Assembly: GCA_965204725.1 (NCBI GenBank) | Contig: OZ242005.1 | Coordinates: 4,480,001 to 4,544,000, forward strand | Source of the DNA: Candidatus Latescibacterota bacterium | GTDB taxonomy: Bacteria; Latescibacterota; UBA2968; UBA8231 | Reading direction: 5' to 3' | DNA: 64,000 nucleotides | Shown here: positions 1 to 8,530 of the stretch, in pieces | Position numbering within the stretch: the first letter of the stretch is position 1 | Layout of the letters: every line of letters starts with the position of its first letter | Translations under genes and position numbers: made by a program | Notes under the pieces: generated by a model | Told to the model about the DNA's origin: nothing | Database searches by the model: none | What the model saw: the letters and a program-made list of their open reading frames with translations, nothing else

Positions 1-2
1 TC

Positions 3-668
3 TACTCCAACGTCATCTATCTCCGTCCAGACGCCGGCCGAAATGACCCGGGCTACTACGTCCAAGAACGACGCGGCTACCGCGTCTTAGTCCAATACAA
101 GGTCATCCGGCTGATCGAGATAGACGGCCAACGCATCCTCGACGCCGGACCTTCGGGCTTGCTGCCGTTTGCGCCGTTGATGCAGCCGCCGGTGGGCGTC
201 GATGCCGAGGGCTGGTTGCGCCAGTGTGTGAATCGGGCGCAACAGGTGCCGATGGACGAGAGCCGCAAGGCGAACTATCTGGCCGATCTTGCGATGTTGA
301 GCGGACTGGTGTATAACTTAGAGACGATTATGACCATCATCGAGGAGGAGACCATGTACGAATCGTCGGTAGTGCAGTATTTCACGGAACAGGGGATTAA
401 GCAGGGGATTAAGCAGGGGATTAAGCAGGGGATTGAACAGGGGATTGAACAGGGGATTGAACAGGGCATTGAGCGAGGCGGCAGAGAACGTGCCATTGAA
501 GACCTGCTTGAAGTACTAGAGATTCGCTTTGGGCTGGCTGCGTCGGACCCGTTGGCCGCTCGCATTGGGGCCACCGACGAGGTGCAGCACCTCAAGCAGT
601 TGTTTCGGGAGGCCATACAGGTGCCCAGCCTTGACGCCTTTAGACGCCTGTTAGACCGAGCCGAGTAG
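3..668 (+). CDS. Rpn-family (recombination-promoting nuclease/putative transposase-like) protein, 5'-partial
   Basis: Frame open from the window start (YSNVIYLRPDAGRNDPG...LLPFAPLM); C-terminal QGIK/QGIE repeats then 'LLEVLEIRFG' helical tail typical of Rpn/DUF4351-like proteins. Confidence 0.75.
   Translation, partial: YSNVIYLRPDAGRNDPGYYVQERRGYRVLVQYKVIRLIEIDGQRILDAGPSGLLPFAPLMQPPVGVDAEGWLRQCVNRAQQVPMDESRKANYLADLAMLSGLVYNLETIMTIIEEETMYESSVVQYFTEQGIKQGIKQGIKQGIEQGIEQGIEQGIERGGRERAIEDLLEVLEIRFGLAASDPLAARIGATDEVQHLKQLFREAIQVPSLDAFRRLLDRAE
289..356 (+). promoter_or_regulatory. Intragenic sigma70-like promoter and SD for a C-terminal (RpnS-like) product
   Basis: TTGCGA(289)-17 nt-TATAAC(312); GAGGAGGAG (342-350) directly before in-frame ATG 354. 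Confidence 0.55.
387..470 (+). repeat. 12-bp tandem repeat x7 (E/K-Q-G-I)
   Basis: GAACAGGGGATT/AAGCAGGGGATT units. Confidence 0.9.
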
Positions 669-755
669 GACGCCGCGTAATAGCGTTCTACCCGAACCCG
701 TTCAAGCCGTCCTGCCCGCGCAAGAACATTTCAGTTGTTGGAGCAGGACGCTTTT

Positions 756-803
756 CTGGCTTCCCGCCCCGTGTCGGGGCACGGGGTGGCGTTCTTGCGC
801 GGG
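756..803 (-). repeat. REP-like palindrome, right part (split by IS110)
   Basis: Minus strand CCCGCGCAAGAACGCCACCCCGTGCCCCGACACGGGGCGGGAAGCCAG; near-identical to copies at 9448-9501 and 18734-18786 but lacking the leading GTCATT, which lies at 1666-1671. Confidence 0.85.
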
Positions 804-820
804 AGTATCTGTGTTGCGGG

Positions 821-1444
821 TCAAGCCTTTTTGTGGCCTACTGGGGCGGGGTGTTGGACCCACGGGGAGCCTCGCTGGGCAATGGCGTTGAGCACCAGCA
901 GCAGCTTCCGCATCACCGCGATCAGGGCCACCTTGCCGGTCTTGCCCCGGGTACACAGTCGTTGATAGAACCGCTTGAGGTCGTCGTTGCAGCGGATCGC
1001 CACCAAGGCCGCCAAGTACAACACCTTCCGCCCCGGACCGAGCGATACCCCTGCTGTCGGCCGCTGTCGTTGGCCCAAGGGGCCAGCCCGACCAACGAGG
1101 TCACCTCCTTGCCGCTGTAGTGCCCTAACTCCGGCAGATACCCCACCAGCGTCGCCGCGGTCAACGCACCCACGCCCGGTACACTGCGGTGCTTGGGCGA
1201 AGCTGTGCACGCGATTGGGATGCACTACGTGGACCGGTCACCCTGTGGCCTGCACCCGACGCACCAGAGGCCGCTCATAGCCCCCCGTCGGTTCGCACAC
1301 CACCTCGGTCGCCCCCTGGCGTTCCAACCACCCCACCAAGGCCGTACGCCCCGCGGGGGTGTTGGCAAATCGACGCACCCGACCGGCCGACACCGACACG
1401 TCCAAGCTCGTCTTTCCTACGTCTATACCGGCCATAACTTTCAT
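821..1444 (-). pseudogene. IS110 DEDD recombinase/transposase pseudogene
   Basis: N-term GIDVGK...CEPTGGYE, stop at 1238-1240, large internal deletion, frameshifted C-term GLAPWANDSG...GGR / LYLAALVAIR...KVALIAVMRKLL. Confidence 0.9.
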
Positions 1445-1479
1445 GCTGACAGCCTCTTGGTTATCGTTAGCATGGTGCT

Positions 1480-1655
1480 GTCCTCCCCACTTGTAATACG
1501 GGCCTCGTGCCCCTGTATCGGTTCGGAGCGACAACTCAGCGTGAGGGGTGTCTTACTCCCGCACGGTGCCGCCGACACGGACGTGCCGGCGCACCCAATG
1601 ACGGACGACGCGCCCCGCACGCGGCCCTTTCAGAGTGGCCGATCTGAAAGGAATA
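1480..1655 (-). ncRNA. Putative IS110 bridge RNA (5' hairpin, target-binding loop, donor-binding loop)
   Basis: Hairpin 1626-1651; guide 1597-1606 identical to left target flank 1666-1675; hairpin 1565-1595; guide 1555-1562 complementary to right target; donor-like guides at 1515-1522 and 1490-1493. Confidence 0.75.
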
Positions 1656-1755
1656 CGCAACATCAAATGACGGACCCCGGATCTACGGCGTGTTCAACAT
1701 GCCCCAAAGTGGGTTTTCAGACCGCTTCTTAACAACTGAACGAAAGGAACATTCG

Positions 1756-3201
1756 ATGCGACACAGCTATTTGTCTGCTTTGCTCCTGCTGGTGGCAATC
1801 TACCCAGCGGCCGCAAACCGCTACGACGATCCGGGCTTCCTCACCAGCCACCTCGTCTCCGGCGGGGTGGCCAAAGATGGCATTCCGGCCCTAACCAATC
1901 CCACCTTTGTAGGACCGGACGAAGTGAACTATCTAGCGGAAGACGACGTGATTATGGGATTGGTCATCAACGGCCAACCGCGGGCGTACCCGCACAACAT
2001 TGGCTGGTGGAACGAGGTCATCAACGACCGCGTCGGCGATCAGTCGGTCGTCGTATCGCTGTGCCCGCTTACGGGGACCGGCCAAGTCTTCAACGCCACG
2101 GATGGCGATGGCTCGCAAATCGAGTTCGGGGTCTCCGGTCTGCTGATCAACAGCAACTTGGTCATGTACGATCGGCGCGATGGCGAAACCCTGTACCCCC
2201 AGATGATTTACACGGCCATCAACGGGCCTCAAGTCGGCGACCGCCTAGAGCTGATGCCGGTGGTGGAGACGACTTGGGCGTTGTGGAAGCGGATGTACCC
2301 GAGCACCACTGTAGTTAAGGCGACCACGGGCTGGGCGTACTACAACTCGCGGCCTGCTTACAACGAGAACCAATACACCTTCTATCCTTACGGCGATTAC
2401 CGCACCAGCCACGAGTACCTGATTTTCCTGCCGACGACCAATGGCGGCGCATTCGACCCGCGCTTTGAGACCAAGGACCTCGCGTTGGGATTGTGCCGCA
2501 ACGACCAGACAAAAGCCTTTCCCTTCGCCCGGATGCCCGACGAGGCCGTTATCAACGATCTCATCGGCGGCGATCCCGTAGTCGTCCTATTCGACGCTGA
2601 GTCGCGCACGGCCTTGGCCTATTTCAGCCAGCTCGACGACGCGCCATTGAGCTTTTACGGAGTGGAGTCTGAGGGGCCGCTGCCGGTCGAATTCATGGAT
2701 GCGGAGACGGGTTCGCGCTGGAACATGCTCGGAGAAGCTGTTGCGGGGCCGCTCGCGGGGCAGCGGTTGGCGCAAGTCCCGGCGTACAACGCCATGTGGT
2801 TTGCTTGGACCGCCTACTGGCCCGATACGGAGGTCTGGCAGCCGGGCGAGGGGATTCTCAGCCCAGCGGACATTGAGCAAGCCGCAACATCTATTGAATC
2901 CTTGGACGCCGCGCCTACGAGCTTTGCCCTGCGGCAAAACTTTCCCAACCCGTTCAACGCTCAGACCCTGATTCAGTATGAGTTACCAGCGGCCGGGCCG
3001 GTGCAACTCGGCGTGTTCAATGCGGCCGGGCAGCGGGTTCGCTCGTTGGTAGAAGGACACCAAGGGGCCGGGCTGTACTTGCAGCCTTGGGACGGCCGCG
3101 ATGATGCGGGGACAGCCGTAGCAAGCGGGACGTACTTGTGCAAGTTGGAGATGCCCGCGGCGCGGTTTAGCCAGACGCAGACGATGACGTTGGTGCGTTG
3201 A
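1756..3201 (+). CDS. Secreted DUF3179-family protein with C-terminal FlgD/Ig-like sorting domain
   Basis: Signal peptide; DGIPAL..P, AYP, CPLTG, GVSGLL.NSNLVMYDR, WFAW motifs; C-term QNFPNPFN...WDGRD...VASGTY; SD AAAGGA. Confidence 0.8.
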   Translation: MRHSYLSALLLLVAIYPAAANRYDDPGFLTSHLVSGGVAKDGIPALTNPTFVGPDEVNYLAEDDVIMGLVINGQPRAYPHNIGWWNEVINDRVGDQSVVVSLCPLTGTGQVFNATDGDGSQIEFGVSGLLINSNLVMYDRRDGETLYPQMIYTAINGPQVGDRLELMPVVETTWALWKRMYPSTTVVKATTGWAYYNSRPAYNENQYTFYPYGDYRTSHEYLIFLPTTNGGAFDPRFETKDLALGLCRNDQTKAFPFARMPDEAVINDLIGGDPVVVLFDAESRTALAYFSQLDDAPLSFYGVESEGPLPVEFMDAETGSRWNMLGEAVAGPLAGQRLAQVPAYNAMWFAWTAYWPDTEVWQPGEGILSPADIEQAATSIESLDAAPTSFALRQNFPNPFNAQTLIQYELPAAGPVQLGVFNAAGQRVRSLVEGHQGAGLYLQPWDGRDDAGTAVASGTYLCKLEMPAARFSQTQTMTLVR

Positions 3202-3249
3202 TCGGATATATTTCTCTCCATCTCATCCCCCTTTAGACGAAAGGCACCG

Positions 3250-3510
3250 ATGATGGCTAGCCTAGAAGAGTTTCCGATATTTGAGTGGGTGCGTAAGCGT
3301 GCGTGGGAGCAGGGGTTTCAGCAGGGGCTTCGGCAAGTGATCCAAGAAACCTTGGCGGTTCGGTTTGCGGAGGATGAAGTACAGGCGGTGGCTGATCGCT
3401 TGGCGGCGATTGAGCAGGTGGACCAACTGCAAGCCTTGCTGCGCATCGCTATACATGTGGAGCAACTAGCCGACTTCACCCGCTTGGTCGATGAGATCAC
3501 CGCCAAATAA
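3250..3510 (+). CDS. Stand-alone Rpn C-terminal-domain (RpnS-like) small protein
   Basis: EQGFQQG...LAVRF...LAAIEQVDQLQALLRIAI resembles the C-terminus of the ORF at 3-668. Confidence 0.6.
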   Translation: MMASLEEFPIFEWVRKRAWEQGFQQGLRQVIQETLAVRFAEDEVQAVADRLAAIEQVDQLQALLRIAIHVEQLADFTRLVDEITAK

Positions 3511-3685
3511 AAATCGCCAGCCCACCGCGAACCGAAGCCGCGCCCTGCAAGCTGGCGGTGTGCAATGGGCGGAGACCGCGACTGCCCAGCCCCGAGCGTT
3601 TCGCACTGACCGTTTGAACGCGATAGTTTCTAAGTAACTCCCACCGGCCGGGACACGAGGCCCGGCCCACCGCAAGGAGCAAGCC

Positions 3686-3916
3686 ATGACCGATCAACCC
3701 CAACCCCTAACGCAAACCCAAGACCACGACCGCCGCATTGGCCGATTAGAAGGCATTGTCGAGCAGTTAGACCGCCGACTGGACGCCATTGAACGGGCGA
3801 TTGCCGAACTGCGTGGCGAAGTGCGTGCGTCGATCCGCTGGCTCATCGGCATCCAGATAGCCAGCCTAATTGCCATTGGGAGCCTGTTGTTCAGCATCTT
3901 GGGCAAGCTACCCTAA
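3686..3916 (+). CDS. Small coiled-coil protein with C-terminal TM helix (DUF1640/XhlA-like)
   Basis: SD AAGGAG; RIGRLEGIVEQLDRRLDAIE heptads; hydrophobic WLIGIQIASLIAIGSLLF. Confidence 0.6.
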   Translation: MTDQPQPLTQTQDHDRRIGRLEGIVEQLDRRLDAIERAIAELRGEVRASIRWLIGIQIASLIAIGSLLFSILGKLP

Positions 3917-3986
3917 CCAAGTCGCCCTAGCTAGCCCTTATGCTGGCCGGGTCGAGCCAACCAAAGGAACGGAACCTGCCCTGCCC

Positions 3987-4049
3987 GTGCAGACTCAATC
4001 CTCTCAACCTCTTCACGCCTTGCCGCAAGGCTATCGGCTGCAAGAATAC
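3987..4049 (+). pseudogene. 5' stub of a Ser/Thr kinase gene (14306-type)
   Basis: QPLHALPQGYRLQEY matches QPLNALPQGYRLQEY of the kinase at 14306. Confidence 0.75.
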
Positions 4050-4116
4050 CTATTGTCATGTACCCTACTTGCGTCCCGACGCTGGTGGTGACGATTAGCA
4101 AAAACTAGGAAAAATT

Positions 4117-5538
4117 ATGAGTGAGCCACAGCAGCATCGCTTGGCTCTGCCGCAGGGGACGCGCATTCGGGATTTTGAGTTTCACCGCGTCCTCGGCCAC
4201 GGCGGCTTCGGCATGACCTATCTAGGCTGGAACCTTGCCTTGGATATTCCGGTGGCGATCAAGGAGTATCTGCCGGGCGACTTGGCCACCCGCGAACAAG
4301 ACGGGTCCGTTGTGCCGCAGTCGTCGCAGGCGGCGGCCGATTTCCAATGGGGCTTAGAGCGGTTTTTGGACGAAGCCCGGACGCTAGCGCGGTTCCAACA
4401 TCCCAACATCGTCCGCGTCCTTCACTTCTTTGAAGCGCACAGCACGGCGTATATCGTGATGGAATATGCCGAGGGCGAGACTTTGTCGGCGCATATTGAG
4501 CGCAAAGGGTCGCTGCAAGAAGCCGAACTCAAAGCGATTCTGTATCCGCTGCTGAGTGCCTTGGAGGTGGTGCATGGGGCGGACTTTTTGCACCGGGACA
4601 TCAAGCCGGGCAACATCGTCTTGCGCGATGTGGATGGTTCGCCGGTGTTGTTGGACTTTGGGGCGGCGCGGCAGGCGATTGGGGCGAAGAGCCGGTCGGT
4701 TACGTCTATCGTAACGCCGGGATATGCGCCTATTGAGCAGTATTCGAGCCGAGGACGTCAAGGGGCGTGGACGGATATATATGCGTTGGGGGGCGTGTGT
4801 TATCGGGCGTTGACGGGGGATGTGCCGGAGGACGCCACCGATAGGGTGCGGCATGATCCGCTCGTTCCGATAGCGCAGCGGTGTGCGGGTCGGGTGAGTG
4901 CGGCGTTTTTGTCGGCGGTGGATTGGGCGTTGTCGGTGGACGAGGGGGCTCGTCCGCAGAGTGTGGGAGCGTGGCGGGAGGCGATGGGGGCGGCAGCAGA
5001 GAAGGCGGTGGTGGACGCGCCAAGCGTGGGGCGGGTAGAGCAGGACGCGCCGCCGCTGGAGCAACCGCACGATCCTGACCCCGTGTTCAACGACGATGAG
5101 CTACAGCGTCAGGAACAGGCATTTTTCGCCGAGGTGGGGCGCCAGCCACATCCGAAAGGGAAGTACGGGGGTGAGACCGACCTGCACGTTGCAGCGAGAC
5201 TGAACCTGCCCGTGCTGGCCCGATCCCTGCTCACACAGGGCGCGGATGTCCACGCCAAAAACATCCGTGGCTGGACGCCGCTGCACTGGGCGGCGTATAA
5301 GGATGCTGCTATGACGGCGAAGGTGCTGCTGGAAAACGGCGCGGACGTAAACGCCAAAAACGACCATGGCCAGACGCCGCTGCGCGTAGCGATGGCAGAG
5401 GATGCTGTTGCGACAGTGAAGGTGTTGCGCCGCTCCGGTGGCCGCGTCAACAAGCGGAATGGCGAGGGGAATGGAGGTTGTATGATACTTGTAGGTATAG
5501 GTATGGGGACCATGATTTTGGGCCTTCTTGCCTGTTGA
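4117..5538 (+). CDS. Hanks-type Ser/Thr kinase with ankyrin repeats and C-terminal hydrophobic tail (K1)
   Basis: GHGGFG, VAIKE, HRDIKPGN, DFG, YAPIE; ankyrin TPLHWAA/GADVNAK. Confidence 0.92.
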   Translation: MSEPQQHRLALPQGTRIRDFEFHRVLGHGGFGMTYLGWNLALDIPVAIKEYLPGDLATREQDGSVVPQSSQAAADFQWGLERFLDEARTLARFQHPNIVRVLHFFEAHSTAYIVMEYAEGETLSAHIERKGSLQEAELKAILYPLLSALEVVHGADFLHRDIKPGNIVLRDVDGSPVLLDFGAARQAIGAKSRSVTSIVTPGYAPIEQYSSRGRQGAWTDIYALGGVCYRALTGDVPEDATDRVRHDPLVPIAQRCAGRVSAAFLSAVDWALSVDEGARPQSVGAWREAMGAAAEKAVVDAPSVGRVEQDAPPLEQPHDPDPVFNDDELQRQEQAFFAEVGRQPHPKGKYGGETDLHVAARLNLPVLARSLLTQGADVHAKNIRGWTPLHWAAYKDAAMTAKVLLENGADVNAKNDHGQTPLRVAMAEDAVATVKVLRRSGGRVNKRNGEGNGGCMILVGIGMGTMILGLLAC

Positions 5539-5567
5539 CCGCTAGCTTGAACGTACACGGAGAAGTT

Positions 5568-7160
5568 ATGAAACAATACCTGTTTTTTATCGCGTATCTC
5601 ACAATGGCTTGGCTCCTTTGCACAAGCCCGGTATCGGCGCAAATAGATGTGGATGTGGTCTCTGAAAGCATCGTGCGGGTGCGAGCTTATGACGATCACA
5701 AAGTCGCGGTTGAAGGGAGCGGTTTCGTCGTCGATGAAAAGGGGCACGTGCTGACGAATGCCCACCTCATCGCAAAGGCCGACGGCTTGACCGTATTGTC
5801 CCTGAAGACCGGGGCCGAACTCGTCGCACAACAGGTATTTGCCAGCCGCGCCACGAACTTGGCCCTGTTGCACGTACAGGGCTTGAACCTGCCGCCCCTC
5901 AGCTTGTCCGAGCAAGGAGCCGCTGTAGGCCGCGCTGTGCAAACGCTGCGGTTCGGCTCGGGCGGAAAGGTTCGGCTTTCTCACGGGACGATTGGCACCT
6001 ACCAAGACCTCCGCGACAAGAAAACAAGCCGTCCAATAGCGCACCTGTTACAACACAACGCCCTGATAACGGCCCAAGCCTTTGGCATGCCCTTGTTCAA
6101 CGAATGCGGCGATGTCGTCGCCATCAACCTGCCCGATCCGAGCAGCGGCTCGTGGCCGTTTCGCAAAGCAAAGCCGCAAGGAGCCATTTTTGCCCTGCGT
6201 AGCGGCGACATAATAGCCGCGCTCGAAGACCGAGAAGTCGCCCATACTGTAGTGGAAGCCGAATGCCTGAGTGCGGTTGAACGCGCTGAACGCGACAGAA
6301 AAGCGACCGCCGACAGCCTCCAAGCGGCCAAGGCGAAAGCCGATTCCGCAAGCCAAGCCGCGAAAAAGGCCAAGGCCCAAGAAAAGGCCGCTCGGCGGGC
6401 GGCAGAACGGGCCAAAGCGCGCGCCGATTCCGTAAAGAAAGCAGTGGCCGACAGCCTCCAAGCGGTCAAGGCCCACGCCGACAGCCTCAAGATGGCGAAA
6501 GCGCGCACCGACTCCGCGAGTAAGGCGACCGCCGACAGCCTCAAGACCGCGAAGGCCAAAGCCGACTCCGCGAGCAAGGCGACCGCCGACAGCCTCAAGG
6601 CCGCCCAAGCCCACGCCGATAGCCTCCAAGCGGTGGAAGCAAAGGCTGCGCAACAGTTGCAGTGGGTCCTCGTTGCGGGCGCGGGACTGGTGCTGCTCGC
6701 CCTGCTCGGTTGGTGGCTTTCCGCGCGGCGCAAACAGAAGCAATTACAGGAGGCCGAGGGCCGCGCGAGCGAAGCCGAACAAACGGCGGAAGCCGCGCAC
6801 CAAGCCGCGGCCAACGCCCCTCAACCCGCGCCTTTTAGATGTCTGTTGGAAGGCCAAGACCCCACGGGCCGACCATTCGCCTTGACCCTATCGGCCTTGG
6901 CCTTGAGCGAGCGGGCCGGCGTGACGCTCGGAAGAAGCCCGGCCAACGCCGAATTTATCATTGATCACGAAGAGGTCTCCCGCGAACACATCCGGCTCAG
7001 GTGTGATGACGGCGAACTCTACGCCGAGGATTTGAATGCCCTGAATGGCACCAAGGTAAACGGACGCCTGCTCAATCCCCGCCAACAAGTGCTATTGCAA
7101 AACAACGATCGGCTCGAAGTCGGACCCGTCGTTTTTACCGTGCGTTTGGTGCAGGAGTGA
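5568..7160 (+). CDS. Signal peptide-trypsin-like (degenerate triad)-coiled-coil repeats-TM-FHA protein
   Basis: GSGFVV...TNAHL, but NLALL and AFGMP replace DLA and GNSGGP; KATADSL repeats; TM; FHA GRS...VSREH...NGT. Confidence 0.85.
   Translation: MKQYLFFIAYLTMAWLLCTSPVSAQIDVDVVSESIVRVRAYDDHKVAVEGSGFVVDEKGHVLTNAHLIAKADGLTVLSLKTGAELVAQQVFASRATNLALLHVQGLNLPPLSLSEQGAAVGRAVQTLRFGSGGKVRLSHGTIGTYQDLRDKKTSRPIAHLLQHNALITAQAFGMPLFNECGDVVAINLPDPSSGSWPFRKAKPQGAIFALRSGDIIAALEDREVAHTVVEAECLSAVERAERDRKATADSLQAAKAKADSASQAAKKAKAQEKAARRAAERAKARADSVKKAVADSLQAVKAHADSLKMAKARTDSASKATADSLKTAKAKADSASKATADSLKAAQAHADSLQAVEAKAAQQLQWVLVAGAGLVLLALLGWWLSARRKQKQLQEAEGRASEAEQTAEAAHQAAANAPQPAPFRCLLEGQDPTGRPFALTLSALALSERAGVTLGRSPANAEFIIDHEEVSREHIRLRCDDGELYAEDLNALNGTKVNGRLLNPRQQVLLQNNDRLEVGPVVFTVRLVQE
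6300..6630 (+). repeat. Imperfect coding repeats (KATADSL.AAKA.ADS)
   Basis: Repeated GCGACCGCCGACAGCCTCAAG/CCAA units. Confidence 0.8.
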
Positions 7161-7163
7161 ACG

Positions 7164-8516
7164 TTGCACCGATTCAGACGCTGGCGTCTAGTCTTTTTTC
7201 TCTTCTTGCTGCTACAGCCGCGCCATGCCGTGGCCGCACCCGACTTTGACGCGCTCGAAAAGAGCGTGGTCCGCATTGTCCGGCAGACCGACCGAGGACT
7301 TAGTGCTGGCACGGGATTCGCCATAAACGACCAAGGCCATATTGCGACCAACGTCCACGTCATCGCCGACGCCCACGCAATCCAAGCCATCCCAACCAAC
7401 GCCAACGCGCTATACGACGTGGAGGTAATCGCCACATCCCCAGAACTCGACCTCGCAATCGCCTATACCCCCGACCTAGCCCTGCCGCCAATCGCGCTGT
7501 CGCTCGCCCCCGCCACAAAAGGGCAAAAGGTATGGGCCATAGGCTATCCCGGGGGGGCCGACCGCAACAAACTGGCGCACGACCCGACCGTGCAAGACGG
7601 CATCATCGGGCGGATTTTTTTAGGCGCGTGGCACACCCAACAACTCAGGATTATCCAGCACAATGCGCCGACCAACCCGGGCAACAGCGGCGGCCCCCTA
7701 TTGGACGATTGTAGCCGGGCGGTCGGCGTCAATACGCAGGCGTCGCTCGTGGTCATTAGCAGCCCGTCGAGCGGGGTGACGCGCGTGCCCCATGCCGCGG
7801 GCATTTACTGGTCTTCGCATATCGAGGAGTTGGCAACTCTGTTGGACGACCACAACATTGCCTTCCAACCGGAGCATGACGATTGTGTGGCGGCTGGGGG
7901 CACAGGAGGTTCGGGCAGTTCGGGTAGTTCGGGCGCGGCGGAAAAGGCGCGGCGAGAAGCAGAGAAGGCGCGGCGCGAGGCCGAACAAGCGCGAGCGCAA
8001 GCCGAACAAGCAAGCGATCAGTTTCTCGTCTGGCTGCTATTGTTGAGTGGGGTCGCCTTGGTCGCCTTGGTCGTTGCCTTAAAGAAGCCGCGCCAAATCG
8101 CCCAACAGACCTTGGAAAAGCCGCGCCAGATCGTCCAACACATCAGTCGGCGCGTGACCAAAAGGGAAGGGGCTGTTGCAAAACGTCCCCATCACGGCAT
8201 CGTGCTGGCTGGTTTTGACGGGCGCGGCAACCGCGTCTGCATTGAGCTATCACCCGCCCGATTTGCCGGTCAACGCTTGGGGCTTTCGCTTGGTCGGCAT
8301 CCCGAGTTGGTTGATGAAGTCGTAGCGGATGAAAACGTATCCCGGCGGCATCTGCGAATTGTAGCCGCGGGCGATCAATTTTACGTCGAAGATTTGAACT
8401 CCAGCAATGGGACGTTTCTGAACGAGCAACGTCTAGTCCCCTTTAAGCCGACGCGGTTGAACTACGGGGCCAACGTCGCGTTGGGCGATTTGGTCCTCAT
8501 GGCGTCCAAACTTTAG
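7164..8516 (+). CDS. Trypsin-like serine protease-TM-FHA protein (intact triad)
   Basis: TNVHV, DLAI, PGNSGGP; TM FLVWLLLLSGVALVALVVAL; FHA GRH...VSRRH...SSNGT. Confidence 0.9.
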   Translation: MHRFRRWRLVFFLFLLLQPRHAVAAPDFDALEKSVVRIVRQTDRGLSAGTGFAINDQGHIATNVHVIADAHAIQAIPTNANALYDVEVIATSPELDLAIAYTPDLALPPIALSLAPATKGQKVWAIGYPGGADRNKLAHDPTVQDGIIGRIFLGAWHTQQLRIIQHNAPTNPGNSGGPLLDDCSRAVGVNTQASLVVISSPSSGVTRVPHAAGIYWSSHIEELATLLDDHNIAFQPEHDDCVAAGGTGGSGSSGSSGAAEKARREAEKARREAEQARAQAEQASDQFLVWLLLLSGVALVALVVALKKPRQIAQQTLEKPRQIVQHISRRVTKREGAVAKRPHHGIVLAGFDGRGNRVCIELSPARFAGQRLGLSLGRHPELVDEVVADENVSRRHLRIVAAGDQFYVEDLNSSNGTFLNEQRLVPFKPTRLNYGANVALGDLVLMASKL

Positions 8517-8530
8517 ATGGGGTCTTGGGT

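Larger units (their letters stand above)
804..1665 (-). mobile_element. IS110-family element, internally deleted
   Basis: Removing 804-1665 restores the intact REP GTCATT|CCCGCG; sub-terminal inverted repeat TGTTGCG (812-818)/CGCAACA (1656-1662); no target duplication. Confidence 0.85.

Noticed and set aside
387-470. Short tandem repeats (also 15347-15466, 15608-16036) as a CRISPR array
   Set aside because: No unique spacers; the periods are multiples of 3 inside ORFs; no cas genes
1238-1240. TGA readthrough or programmed frameshift in the IS110 gene
   Set aside because: Accompanied by a large deletion and further frameshifts, so simple decay is more likely
1756-3201. Selenoprotein (DUF3179 family)
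   Set aside because: The motif is Cys (TGC) in CPLT; no in-frame TGA
3511-3685. Possible structured RNA/riboswitch upstream of 3686
   Set aside because: Only one GC hairpin (GGCCGGG/CCCGGCC); no recognisable aptamer consensus
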